Source of the DNA: Craspedostauros australis
Lineage: Eukaryota
NCBI GenBank assembly: GCA_030167865.1
Contig: JALAGF010004159.1
Span: 1 to 50,120 of the forward strand
Direction: 5' to 3'
DNA length: 50,120 bases
A program made the position numbers and the translations under genes. Numbering within the stretch: the first letter of the stretch is position 1; each line of letters starts with the position of its first letter. The notes under the pieces are model-generated. The model was given only the letters and a program-made list of their open reading frames with translations. It was not told the origin of the DNA and did no database searches. This document shows positions 33,296 to 45,887 of the stretch, in pieces.

Positions 33296-35682
33296 TTACC
33301 GAACTGCGACGACTCGACCGCCCGAACTACCGCCCACCATGATGAGCTGATCTGTCGATGGGTGGAAACAGCATCTGGACATCACAGACGACAAGGAATC
33401 GCCCGATACCTGACGCAGAAGCTTGCCGTTGGAATCGAACGCCTCAATGCATCTCGGTTTGGACATGCTGCCGACGACGAACATATCGAGGCGGGGATGC
33501 CATGTGGCCCTGAACGTCGCGAGCCATCGCCCCGTCCGATTGTTGTGCCGCACGGAATGTGTCGGCTTGCCTATCGTCCCTGACGCCTGATGCGGCGCGT
33601 GGATGATGTCCAACCGATCAGCGAGGGAGGTGCTGACCAGCGCATCCCCGCTGGGTGAGAACAAGGCGCTGCTGACGGAAAGCCCAACGTGCTGTTCTGC
33701 GATCGGTTTCATGATGCTGCCGCTAACATTGCCGCCAGTAGATTTGCTTCTTTTCGATCTTGAGGTCTTGTTGAATTTCCGAATGTCCCACAGTCTCACG
33801 GTTCCATCCAATCCGCACGATGCCAAGGTATGACCATTTGGATGCAAGCTGGAGGTGCAGAGAATGCAAAGCAATCGCATTGGGGGTGAGAGATGATCAG
33901 ACAGTGGTGATATATTTGCAGGATACGAGAATGTTGTTTATGCTTCTGCTGCCGGCGCTCATATTGGTGCGAAGGCATGGAAGATCAACCAGACCAGTCC
34001 AGACCAGATGTAACGCGACATGGGAAGATGCTGAGCAGAGTAACTACCAATTGATGCCGGCACAGTGAACTTCAGCAGAGTAGGTACACACACGACATAA
34101 CGCCGTCTTCGTCTTTGGCACTCAACTTCTAACCATCCTCCTGAAACATATGCATACGCATCAAAGAGTAGGGAGATCGATTCGACGCAAGTGCCATACA
34201 AATACAAGCACTTTACAAGCACTCCAAACTCAAGCACACCGCAAGGACTCACCTCAATGTGTTGATCTTCTTTTCGCTGAGCTGTTTCTCGAAGGTGATC
34301 TTCTGCTTGTTCGGAACCCGCAAGTCTAAATGCAAGGCGGTGCCGATAGATGTGGAAACGAAGAGGCCAGGATCTGTCCGGTTGCTGCTGCTGCGATGAT
34401 CCAGCGCCACATGTTGCGTCCAGAACTGGTGTCCTCGATCCAAACCGAAGCCAAGATCGTCCGCGTAATAGGTGTCCGAATCGTCGTAGGTTGCAAAGAT
34501 CTGTCGGAACGTGCCAGTCTCTGCATTGAACGTCCGTACTGTTCCATCGTACGACGCTGTGACGAGCGACGTCGGGTTCATCCATTCCATGCAGCAAATT
34601 GGGCGAGAATGCGGACGGAAAAGGCTGACCCCGTCGTTCAATGCTGCGGAAGACGCATCCACATCCCAGAGGCCAACGTAGCCCTCCTTGTCGCCTGCTC
34701 CCACCAGCAGTTTAAACTCGGACGGATGTGCGCAAACTTGATAGATCTTTCCTGGCGTGACCTTCGCGGTCCATTCCTCATTGTCAATGGACAGCTTGTC
34801 CAGCTGTGACTGCATCCACTCTGGGCTCTCCTTGACATTACGCTCCATCGCGCCCGTTTCTGTTTCTGTTTCTGTTTTTGCTACCACAGTTGCTGCTGCT
34901 GATTGTCGTTTGGCCCTTGCACTTGTGGGTGACAGCGATAAAAATGATTGATTGCAAATTTCTGTGCGAAGGCGGTCTGCTTCATCCAGAGCATCGTCAT
35001 TGATCCACCTGTCGCCGTTGGATTCAATGGCTTCCTGCATGGATAGATCGGAACCATCATTGATACGACCTTTAAAGTGGGCATCGGCGGCCTGTGCTGC
35101 AGTTGGTCCATCCGCAGGAATCACCGAAATCGCCTTTCTCTCGTCGTATCTCAATTCCACAAGATCGACCTTTTCACCGGAATGGCGCGTTGATCGACTC
35201 CGCGTGACCGGTGGCTTGGCGGTGGCCGTACTTTGGCGCTCCAAACCACGTTGCGTCACCTTCTGGGAGAGTCCTGTGGCGCCGTTGCTGCTTCTGCTGC
35301 CGCCGCGGTTGGCCCGCATCGACGCAGACACGCTAACTAGACCCAGGGTCTGCAGCATCGCCTGGTTGCGTTGGCGTTTGGCATCCACCATCGCCTGGTA
35401 GGTTTCATACGTCTTGCCAGCGAACGTGAACGTCGATCTGTCTTCGTCGACATCATCGGCTTCATGAGTGGTATCGAGCGTGTCTACGATGCCGTCGCTT
35501 GTTGCATCTTTCAGTCGATGTCGCGCGGATCTTGTGGACCGTCTGCTCGTACTCCCATGCCTACGCTCACGTTCATCGCTGTTGTCTGCGGCCTTCCTCT
35601 TCAAGGCTTCTCGTCGTGTCAGCCTCCTCGAGGGTTGCTTTGCGTTGTTCGCATCGCCTCTTTGTCGTCGCGTCAGCACCAT
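33296..35682 (-). CDS. WDR76: WD40 protein WDR76/Cmr1 family; exons 35682-34253, 33848-33296
   Basis: N-terminal KRQRNQAMLQTLGL helix, AKVTPGKIY, GAGDKEGYVGLWD, KKINTL|SLHP joined across intron 34252-33849, and the HNNRTGRWLATFRATWHP signature. Confidence 0.9.
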
Positions 35683-37888
35683 CTTGTTCCGAGAGGTTGA
35701 TGTTATCGTGAGTATTTGTGGCAGAATGGGTTTCTTTCACAGTAATTGAGTTTGGAAGGTGCGCAAGGCGTGCGACAAGTAGTCGAACAACACGTGCGTG
35801 GCAAGGAATTGCATCCGGCTTCTCAAGTTGTTGGTGTGTGTGTCCGTTTCCTTGGTTTTGGCGCCAAAGACACCGCCGTCAGAATCGCCAGCGAATTCAA
35901 AACCTGCAGAAGGGCAAACTCTTCTGGATAGTACTCCAATCGTGGTACTCAATGATTGTGTCGAAAATGAGGCGAAAGAGGCAAGTTCTTGTCCGCACAA
36001 TCCGAGAAACTTATCCAACACAGCGCGCGCAAGGACGTGGCCGGCCTTGCGTCGACGTGCACAGCCAAGGGCCACTGCAGGCGTGTTGTTTCGTGACCAA
36101 ACTGACATGAAGACGAGTGGAAACACAAAGCCCTGCCTTCCCACGCTCGCGACATGCCAGGCTGCACTAATCCCCTGCCGTGCCAAACCACGCCAAACCA
36201 CGCCAACCCAGCCAAGTTGATGCCGCTCCATGGTCACCAAACGAACCTCACATTTTGCTGAAACAACAAAGGAAGGACAACGGAACGCCCATGCGAGGAG
36301 CCACGATTTCTGCTCGAACTTTGCATTTCTTCGAAGTTGGTTTTTGGTCTCATCGGATCAGCCCACAATACTGGTGGGCCACATGTTCGCTCATTCCTGT
36401 TCGTACGGCAACGAGAACGAGAACGAGAACACACCCGTAGATCGTACTCTACAAATACGAATACTCTGCTCCGTGCTGGTCAATTCGTCAGCCAATGCCC
36501 AAGATCACCAGGGCATTCGCCACACCCAAAAAAGGCTGATCAGGACGGTCCGAAACTCCAACTTCCTGGTTGATGTAGGATGATTGTACTCTCCCTTGTA
36601 CCGAACTTTTTCGTGGTTGGGCGCATCGGCATTCTCGGGTGGCACGTTTTCTTTTGAGAGGTGACAGCGTTGGAATTGACCACATCTATCCAACCAGAGC
36701 AACTTCGCTTCGTGTCCCCTCTCGGTCTTTCTCTCTTCCTCCCAAATACATGGCAAGGTCTGCAGGTTCCAACACATCAAGAGAGTGACATCGATCGTCG
36801 TGCTGATGGCGTTGATGGTGGGAGTGCTGATTTGCAGACACAAGGGCTTCGATTTGCAGGTCATTCCCTTTCGTACAAGACATCTTCTTGATGATCGATG
36901 GCAAAGCCTTATTGGATTTATCATGCCAGCGACATACAAGCCAGATACAAAACGCATACAAGCCGCCGCGAAAACTCACGCATTCTCGTCTGTCTCGTCC
37001 TTGTACTCCAAACGTGTCTTTTGACGACGAGGACGAACCACCAAGCGCATACTCGTTGAGCGGGATTTATTGCGTACTCTGCACGAACGGATGGAACCAC
37101 CGAGCTCCCAAGATGGCAACAACATGCGAACAATAACATGTGGATGGAATCCATGTGGACAGCACAACCGCAACAACAACGATACCAGCGGCAGCGAGTG
37201 CACTCGTGATGGCCACGCGTATGCGAATAGATGCTCCTTCGGCTCGCGATCATGCGAGGAAGGGCATACCAAACTCGGTGTCGTCGCTATCAGCATCGCC
37301 ATGTGTTTCTAATCGAGTGATCACACATGTATTATTCTAAGTATCTTCCCCTGCTCTACTCGTGTTGTCAGTGTGAAAATAGAAGGAAGAGAGACAGCAA
37401 GAGAGATGGCGTCTGCGCGCGAGAGAGAGCAAGACAGATGGTGTGAGAGACACACGCACGCACACAAATGGAATCCTTCGCTTCCATGCCTGCGTTTCCT
37501 TCTTGCACTGTGCTCATGTGGTGGAGATCGTAGGTGTATTCAAGTGTTCTCATTTGCATCGTCCCTCTTGGTTGTTCATGCGTGCCGCTCTGTTCGTACT
37601 CTGCTGTTCGTTCCTCCTCTTCCTTGTTACACGACAACACGAACAGAGAACACCTGCATGTTGTGCGGAATTGTGCCGTGTCAAACTGTGCCATGAAGCG
37701 TTTCATCACATGTGGGATGTTGGGCGGGAAATATTCAGCTGTGAATGCGCAGCAAAAACAGTGTGAATGGACGACGGAGGAGACAATGGGAAATCACCAC
37801 GCCTCCGTTTGGCCCAAGATACACCATGGTACCAATACTCACCCAACTTGTCTATGCACCATGCGAGCACCTACTCGTGCCATCCGAC

Positions 37889-37973
37889 TCACCTGCCAAG
37901 CAACTCACCTGCCAAGCAACTCACCTGCCAAGCAAATCACCTGCCAAGCAAATCACCTGCCAAGCAAATCACC
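37889..37973. repeat. 16-bp minisatellite TCACCTGCCAAGCAA(C/A) x5+
   Basis: Five tandem copies plus a partial copy; dispersed degenerate copies near 38007 and 38139. Confidence 0.95.
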
Positions 37974-38626
37974 TTGAGTATCGACCAACTCGTACCCACC
38001 TACCTGCCTGCCAAGCAATCCATGGACTCTACTCTACCTCACTCCACTGATCAATGAAGTAATCAAGCCAACTCCCCACTGATCGACTGATCGACTGACC
38101 GACCTCCCGACCGACCAACCAACCAAGTCGCCCACCTACCTGCCAAGCAACTCACTTGGTATGCAAAGCCACCCACTGACCAATGAATCATTCATTCGAT
38201 CTACCTCCCGACCTCCCGACCAACCAATCAGCCCGTGCACCGACATGCCCACCCAACTGCCTGCCATTCCACACCATGCGATGAACCGAGGTTGCCGGAG
38301 TCTCAGCAAGAGCAAGAAGAAATGGGCAACTCCCGCGCCGTATCCATTGCTTCAACATCCCCAAGATTGGAGCATGGTGGATTTCAAGTATGGCAGAGCA
38401 TGCTGACATCGCATCTTGTCGCCGTGGCAATCGCCTGTCATCCAACGCCATCGCCCATATCCATCGCCCATATCCATCGCCAACGCCAACATCAACGCCA
38501 ACGCCACCGCCAACGTCACAACCAGGATGTACCCATGGTATGGCAAGTCACCACGCCACCCATCTCTGATGTACTGAAGTATATGGTTCGGTGGGCGCCA
38601 TCCTGCCTCAAGAAGTTGTTGTCGTC

Positions 38627-40234
38627 TCATCTTTGGTTCCCAGATCGTGGCACGGAACCAACAGACCAATCAAGCGGCTCCCATGACAACGCGCGATAGG
38701 AAAGGGTCCGCGATCTCGCCAAAATGATGTGCTCTTGGTGAAGATACGAGTATGATCCGCGCGCATCCACAACCACAGCCAAAGGCAGACTCACGTGGAG
38801 ATTCATCGCGGCATTCAACAGCGCATGCACATGCACGCCTCTCGTGCGCGCGGTAACTTCTGCCAGAGGTCTGAAGCATCGGATCTGCTCTTTCTTGGTA
38901 GAAGCCGACAAGCGCCCTCGAGACACTTCTCGTGTATCCGAGGACACCGCTGCCGCCCTGACAGAGTCCAGAAGTAGACTTCGTGACGCATCTTCATCAC
39001 ATCCAGTGAGCTGCGTGTTTAAGGTCATGTACGGTGGGACTTCTTCTCGCATCGATTGCAACCTACGTCATTCGAATCGAATACATCCAATCCATTTGAG
39101 GTCATCTTCCATTCAGGCGCCTTCACGCCGCTCGCTGGTGTTGAACAGGTCGTACTCCACCAGTACTCATAGCTACCCGCAGAGTACTCGTACGCGCACG
39201 ATGCTCGTAGCGGCGAATGGTTGGACGTCCTCGTTGTTGCTCGTCAGTACCATACTCAGTTGTACTGATTGGTGCAAGGAGGCGCCTCTATCTGATGGCA
39301 AAGGTGTGCACGTCCCCAAGATGCTTCGACTGGTCTGCAGACATGTCACTCGCTCCAATGTCGGTATGTGCGTCATCCCCACAAGGAGCAGAGATGACCC
39401 GTTTCGGACAGAAAAAATACGCTCCAGTCCACCCATTATGACCCTCCTGTTTCCTCCCCAACGATCGGAAACTGAGGGATTGGAGGGTTGGAAGCAAGTG
39501 TTGTATTCGCTTGAAAAAGCAGACGCTCTGGAGGGGTTCAGGAATCTAACGCCTTTAACCGTCGTGCCACCGTTCACTTAAAGGCGAAGGCAGTCCCCAC
39601 GGCGGTCGAGGCAAGAAATGAGCTCACAAAGCTGCGGTGCGTTGCGCGTGGTGAGTTGGTGCTTGGAAGCGCACGAACACGAAACATGCAAACAAGTTTC
39701 GTCTTGGTTTCTTGCTTGGTCTCTCGCAGATCATCGCGTATGGTACACAGGCACGAACATTCCTGCACTTCGGCGTACCTTTTCCACCGCGAAAAGTGTT
39801 GTGGGAGTGACGTTGGGAGCAAGAAGCGCAGTGATATTTGGATTTGCAGTCGCAGTTGCAGTCGGTTGTGGCATGTGCTTCTTCCTGCCTTCCACGCACC
39901 GATCGATTCGCCCATCGACCCATTCATCTATCATCTTGGTGATGAGCTGTGCTGCACTTCCCAAAGTTGTTGAGAATCTTTTCTTTCCGTCAGTTGGGAA
40001 CATACATGCAAGTACGTGCAAATGCAGGTGAGTGCAGGTGAGTGCTGGCGATTGCATGCTCGTGGGAGCCCTTGCAAGCCAAGCCAAAAATTCATGCAGA
40101 TTATTGTCATTGATCTTGGCGCCAATCCTCCCTCTTCGTTCGTTCATTTGATTCATGTCGAACTCACAAATCGCAAAGCACACGAATTGCAAAAGCACAC
40201 AAAACAGAAAGAGCATCCACGTGAGACGACCCAC
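38627..40234 (-). pseudogene. Possible decayed reading frame
   Basis: ORFs 39731-40234, 39173-39577 and 38627-39061 share one frame with only 7 stops in 536 codons. No family recognised. Confidence 0.3.
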
Positions 40235-40468
40235 TCACAAAACTGCCAAGGCATCACATAAAACGCATCAAACGCATCAACCACATCAACACTCCAACTC
40301 ATTTACAAGCACAAGCACAAGCATCTGCAGAAGCATCTGATTGCAACGCTGCATCATCACGATCGCGCTTACCTGGCAGAGCACTAGTGCCATCTCCATA
40401 TCATTTCCATACCATCGTTATACCATCTCCATATCATCGTTATACCATCTCTTTGCCATCTCGCAACC

Positions 40469-42613
40469 ATGATGAAGTACAAGCTCGCCAAACGGCACAT
40501 CGAGGCCCAGAAGAGCAGGCCGAGCGTGAGCCAACCAGCCAGCATGCTGTGCCAGGCACCGACGGGCTTCTCGGCCCGCAGGAGGATCTCCATCATCACC
40601 GAAGACGACAAGCCGCCCGCCCTCAACACGCCCCTGCGAATTCCCCTGTCCCTTCCGATGGCCATGACCTCCTCGCCGATCCACTCCGGATCCCACATGC
40701 TCCACAACATGACGGATCCTTCCTCGCCAGCCGCGAACTTCCGCGTGCAGCACTTCCAGAGCAGCAGCGCCATGGCCGGCAGTCCTCGCCACGCCACCAA
40801 GCTGGCCGTCGTGTCTCCGTACACCCAGGACAGCCCCTACGAGCACCACGATGTCGCCCAGCGCACCATCATCCGTCGAGGCGACATCCCCATCGTCCCA
40901 ATGGACTGCCCGATGCCGACAGCGCCTCGCTGGACCGTTCATCAAGCCGAGCCCACGCAGCAGGCCCGCGAGACTCGCCATGAGATGCACCAGACTCATC
41001 ACATTCACCGCAATCTCCACGATGATGATGATGATGATGATGGAGACGAAGAGCGTGGCAGCCGCAGCAACTCGGAGGATGAAACGTCCGACAACGGGCC
41101 ACCGGCCCTCACCACTAGCCCCTCCATGGCCGCGGCCAGCGTCCTCGCCAACCTCCGTTCCTCCTGCTTCAGCCGATCGGAATCAGCGTCAACCTTTGAC
41201 ACGCAAGTCGGCAATGAGGACATCAAGAGAAGGAATGGGGGTGAGTGCAACTCGCATGCACAGACACATGCACAGGCACAGACACAGGCCGATCGCGAGA
41301 ACGAGACCGAAGATGATGCGAGCTGCGAGGAAGGCGAGATCAAGGAACCGCTGTCCGCAAGGATGCAAGCTCCATCCACCTACCGCTACCATCGCAACGG
41401 ACACTACGACGGCGAAGACGAGAGCAGCGATCCCGGTGTCCACCTCGAGGGAGAGGAGGACGATGACGCCGAGATTGCTGCCGCTGCCCCCGACTCCGCA
41501 GGGCCTTCGTTCGCCACCAGGGATCTCTCCACCCCGGTGCAGGATCACGGAGCAGCAGCAAGAGGCCGCGAGCTGTCGGCGCCACCGCCGCTGACGAACA
41601 AGCGCAGAGCTTCATTCGACGAGCCAAGCGAACCGCGTCCCAAGAAGTCCCGTCGCACCTCTGCCGTCCGAGTGCTGGAGTTCTCCGACGACGACAGCAG
41701 CAACAACGGTGTTGGCAATGACGCCGGCATCCTCTTCGCCACGGCTGCTGCTTCGTCTGCCGCACCCACCCACAGCAGCAACGGAAGCGTCGCCTCCGCC
41801 GGCCAATCGTCCACCAGCGACTCGAACGACGACGAGAGTTCGTACCGCGACGAAGACTCCCTCGGCTCCGAACCAGGACGCGCGCCCGTGCCTGCCCCCG
41901 ATCCGGTGGCATCATCGGCCGTGGCCGCAGCCTTCGATGTTGCCCGCAGCGCACATCCATCCATGCTCTTCGCCGCAGGGTTGCCTCCTGCACCTGCCGC
42001 CGCTGTTGCTGCTGCCGTCGAGAGCCACGATGCCAATCTGGCCGCTCTGGCTGCCATCACCAAGCCTCCGGAACAGTGGACCCCGTCCATTGGCGGCGGC
42101 TTGCGCCTCACGAGGGAGGAGGACGAGGAGGAGCTCAACAACCTCCACTGCTTCGTCCGCAGCGACCTTCTGGAGGTGTTCGCCCTCGAGACCGGCCGCT
42201 GCCCACCCAAGAGAGGACGGCGCTCGCAGCGCTCATGCTCCAGCGACCACACCACCCTCCCGCGCGTCGGACTGCGCTGCCAGCACTGCCCCTACAATGC
42301 TGACAACGCCCGCGCATCGGGCAGCTCCATGGCCACCTTCTTCCCCAAGAGCGTCGAGGATCTCTACCGTCAGGTCTGCACCTGGCAGCGCATCCACTTC
42401 AAGAACTGCCCCAACATCCCGGACGACGTCAAGGCCACCTACTGGACCCTGAAGAACGGGGACAACAGGCGCGGACGCAAGGCGTACTGGGCGAAGTCTG
42501 CCTACCACCTCGGCCTTCGCAACATCGACGACCAGCGATCGGGCATCGTCTGGAATCCGGAAAGCCCCATTCCGGCGGCTGCCGCTGCATCGGCTCCTGC
42601 ATCGGGCGTCTGA
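40469..42613 (+). CDS. Putative nuclear regulator with a C-terminal 'RVGLRCxHC' domain, paralog of 27782-30694
   Basis: 714-aa ORF, bipartite NLS-like KRRAS..RPKKSRR, and the domain LNNLHCFVRSDLLEVF..RVGLRCQHC..FFPKSV..WQRIHFKNC..YWAKSAYHLGL. Confidence 0.87.
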   Translation: MMKYKLAKRHIEAQKSRPSVSQPASMLCQAPTGFSARRRISIITEDDKPPALNTPLRIPLSLPMAMTSSPIHSGSHMLHNMTDPSSPAANFRVQHFQSSSAMAGSPRHATKLAVVSPYTQDSPYEHHDVAQRTIIRRGDIPIVPMDCPMPTAPRWTVHQAEPTQQARETRHEMHQTHHIHRNLHDDDDDDDGDEERGSRSNSEDETSDNGPPALTTSPSMAAASVLANLRSSCFSRSESASTFDTQVGNEDIKRRNGGECNSHAQTHAQAQTQADRENETEDDASCEEGEIKEPLSARMQAPSTYRYHRNGHYDGEDESSDPGVHLEGEEDDDAEIAAAAPDSAGPSFATRDLSTPVQDHGAAARGRELSAPPPLTNKRRASFDEPSEPRPKKSRRTSAVRVLEFSDDDSSNNGVGNDAGILFATAAASSAAPTHSSNGSVASAGQSSTSDSNDDESSYRDEDSLGSEPGRAPVPAPDPVASSAVAAAFDVARSAHPSMLFAAGLPPAPAAAVAAAVESHDANLAALAAITKPPEQWTPSIGGGLRLTREEDEEELNNLHCFVRSDLLEVFALETGRCPPKRGRRSQRSCSSDHTTLPRVGLRCQHCPYNADNARASGSSMATFFPKSVEDLYRQVCTWQRIHFKNCPNIPDDVKATYWTLKNGDNRRGRKAYWAKSAYHLGLRNIDDQRSGIVWNPESPIPAAAAASAPASGV

Positions 42614-42975
42614 TCAGCTTCACTTATGCTTCAGCTCTGATATGGAGCTGATCTGCAGGGTGGGCAATGACGGGCAATGGCGGAGTGCGGTGACAAGGGG
42701 ATGCGATTAGGGAACGGGAACGGGATTGGGGAACGCCATCATACAGCATGGCATGGGACATAGGACCATGGTAAATGAGCAATGCGGAGAGGTAGTTGCG
42801 AGACGTTAAGAATCATCGCGGGCGAGCACAACGAGAGGCGGCGGACAGCACTCGCACGCAGCAACAGCAACCGTGAGGTGCGCCGCACGAATCGTCATCA
42901 GTACCGGCACAACGCCGCCTGCTGATTTCTGCGTCCTCCCGACTCAACGAAGCTCCGTCGATCAGATAAATACCA

Positions 42976-43037
42976 AGGCAGAAGCAACAACAGCAACAAC
43001 AACAGCAACAGAAGCAACAACAGCAACAACGACAACG
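42976..43037. repeat. Low-complexity (GCAACAACA)-type repeat
   Basis: Tandem GCA/ACA/AGA triplet runs. Confidence 0.8.
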
Positions 43038-43843
43038 AAAGCAAGACCCAAGGGAAGGGATCGCTTCGCATGGCCGGGCGTGCCAACGGACACCCTCGGT
43101 TATCGGGATGTCCAAATCGCTCTTTTCATTTTTTCTACCACAGACGCACAAAATAAGGATGCGGATCATAAATACCAACCAACTATCACATTCACACAGA
43201 TTCCATGTAGACTGCCTGCATTTATTAATCCCATATCTACGGGTAAGTAGAGAGGCCGTCAGCTCGCGATGTCAGCCTGGCAGGCCTCCATGGGCCGGGT
43301 TGCGCTGATTTGGGGGAGAATGCGTACAGTTTGGTATCTAGCTTGGATTGTTAGTATATGGATGAGTGTCTGTCCGTCCATCAGTCGCTGGTATCTTGGC
43401 ACCAACCAACGACCACGATGAAGAAATGTACCGCACAAAATGGAGATTCTTGTTTTTGCGTTGTCAACACACATCAAATCCCTCCCAAAATCCTTCCGCG
43501 TTCCATCATCTTTCGTCGCCTTCCTCCCAACCCACACTCGATCTCGTTCCTCTGCATCCATCAACAAACGCACAGACGCATCGCATCGCATCGCATCGCA
43601 TGATACTCCAGGGTGTAGCTTTATTGAAGCCACTTGCCATCAACAAGAGAGAGAGAGAGAGAGAGAGCAGAGTACTGAGGACAACGTTCCTGAAGCAAGC
43701 AAGATCGACGCAGGGCGTTGAAAGCGAGGGATATATTCAGTTCAAGCAGACCAATCGCGACATCATTTGCATTGTAACACAAGGACGCGCAAGACATCAG
43801 ACTACTCCATCAAGACCACCGTAGCCTGCAGCAATAATCAAAG

Positions 43844-45425
43844 ATGAAAAAGGAGCACACAGGCTTCTACAATGTCACGGAAAGTGGATTGGAGTACAAG
43901 CATGTCAAGGCCGGTCCTTCACCAGCGCAGGACAAGGAAGAATTCGTAGAGAACTTTCGGTAGGTTCCTTCCTTGCGGTGGGCTTGGTCACTCGCTCGCC
44001 TGCTTGCTTGGTTACTTGGTTCCGGTTGATTCATTTCATGCCCTGGTTGGTGGTCAGCCGCAATGTCGACTGTTTTGTCAACTGCAAGAGAAGTCAAATG
44101 CGACACTTCAGAATTGATTTCGTCACTTGCAGATTTTGCATTGGGTGCCTCTCACCTCATCCATCTCGTCTCATTGCATCGGATTGCTTTGCATTGAATC
44201 CACTTCTCTCGTATTCTATAATCGCACGACGACGATGATTATGACGATGATTATGACGATGGTCATGGCGGCATTGGTAATGGCAATTATTATGGTATTG
44301 GCGATGGAAATCACTCCATTCATTTGCTCAACCATCTGGCGTCATGGCGACGATCCAACACTATCACACTATCACACTGTATCCAAACATCTGCACACAT
44401 AAAACGATCGCAGCAAGGGATTTGAATTGAATATATTGGAACAAAAGAAGCAGGAGCTGGTGTTTGAGCTTATCGGATGCGACGCCTCCTTCGCCAACGC
44501 GCTGCGACGGATCCTGTTGGCGGAGGTACCGACCATGGCGTTGGAGAATATATACATGTTCACCAACACCGGCCTCCTCCATGACGAAGTTCTGTCGCAC
44601 AGGCTGGGACTCATACCGCTGGATGTGGACGCGCGGCTGTTCGATGATATCGAGGAGGGTGACGACGCGACAGATCGAAACACCATCGTCTTTGAGCTCA
44701 AGGTCACTTGCCCTGCCAAACCCAATGAGGAAGGCAAGACGGAGGACTCCATCATGGTGGCGGAGATTGAAGAGGAGATCGTGTCCAGGAATCTGGATCT
44801 GGAGCGCTCCATCCTGGCGGCGGCAAAGAAGAGCGCCATCGAGACACCTGGACGGCCCTACACTAAGCACGTCTACTCTCGAGATTTGGTGTGGATCCCG
44901 CAGGGTGATCAGGAGGACCGCTTTCCGAACGGCATCAACACCGTATACGATGACATATTGATCGCGAAGCTGCGCCCGGGACAGTCGATCGAGCTGGAAG
45001 CGCACGCGCGAAGGGGAATAGGCAAGGATCATGCCAAGTACTCGCCTGTCGCCACCGCCTGCTACCGCCTGTTCACGGAAGTCGACCTGCTGGAGCCGGT
45101 GTACGATCAGCTTGCCGAGGATCTGGTGCACATTTACGAGCCGGGGGTGTTCGAGCTTGTGCCTTCGAAGCAGCCCGGCACGAGGGTGGAGGCCAAGGTC
45201 GTCAACCCGTACGCATGCACTATGTCCAGGAATTACATGAGAGTGCCGGAGCTCAAGAAGGCGATCCAGATGCGCCGCGTTCCCGACCATTACGTATTTT
45301 CCATCGAGAGCGTGGCGAAGCAAAACCCCGCCATTTTGCTCGCCGAGGCTATTCGCGTCCTGCAGCAGAAGTGCGTCACGTTGATCGAACTCACGGCTGA
45401 GCAGCAGCAGCAGCAGCAGAACTAG
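43844..45425 (+). CDS. POLR1C: RNA polymerase I/III subunit RPAC1 (AC40); exons 43844-43959, 44414-45425
   Basis: DASFANALRRILLAEVPTMA, DEVLSHRLGLIP, DILIAKLRPGQ, GIGKDHAKYSPVATACYRL. Exon 1, absent from the ORF track, joins via phase-2 intron 43960-44413 (EFVENF-R-KGFELNI). Confidence 0.95.
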
Positions 45426-45887
45426 TACGAACCACAAGTAGAGACGCACTGTTGGCGCCGAAGTTTCACTCACCGTATGCAGATTGCTCTGGTCCAGCTC
45501 GTACAGTACTCTACCCTACTTTACTCTATGCAAGTTTGTGACATAGCATGGTGATGTTACGCGAATCGTCCCCTCCAGATTACTCTTACGTATGGTAAAA
45601 CTCTCTTGGAAAGTGTCACGTGTTTGCACTGCTCTCTACCAATAGGATGATTTACTGAATCTAGCAATGTACTGGAACATGCCCTTTTGTATGCCTCTCG
45701 TTCATTATGTGCGATTGTACTGGTACGACTATGTGCCGAGAAGTGAAGTCGAAACTCTCCCAAGAGTAGCTCGTATTGATATTCTGTGTTGTCCTATCCT
45801 GCGATATGACGCTCCTTGCCTGTTGTAATTTCAGCCTATCCGTACTCGTGCGAGTAAACATGTGAGACAGCTGGTCTGATGCGACAG

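Noticed and set aside
35720..37800. Many short ORFs as a transposon or gene remnant
   Set aside because: No RT, integrase or transposase motifs, and I could not join them into a consistent frame.
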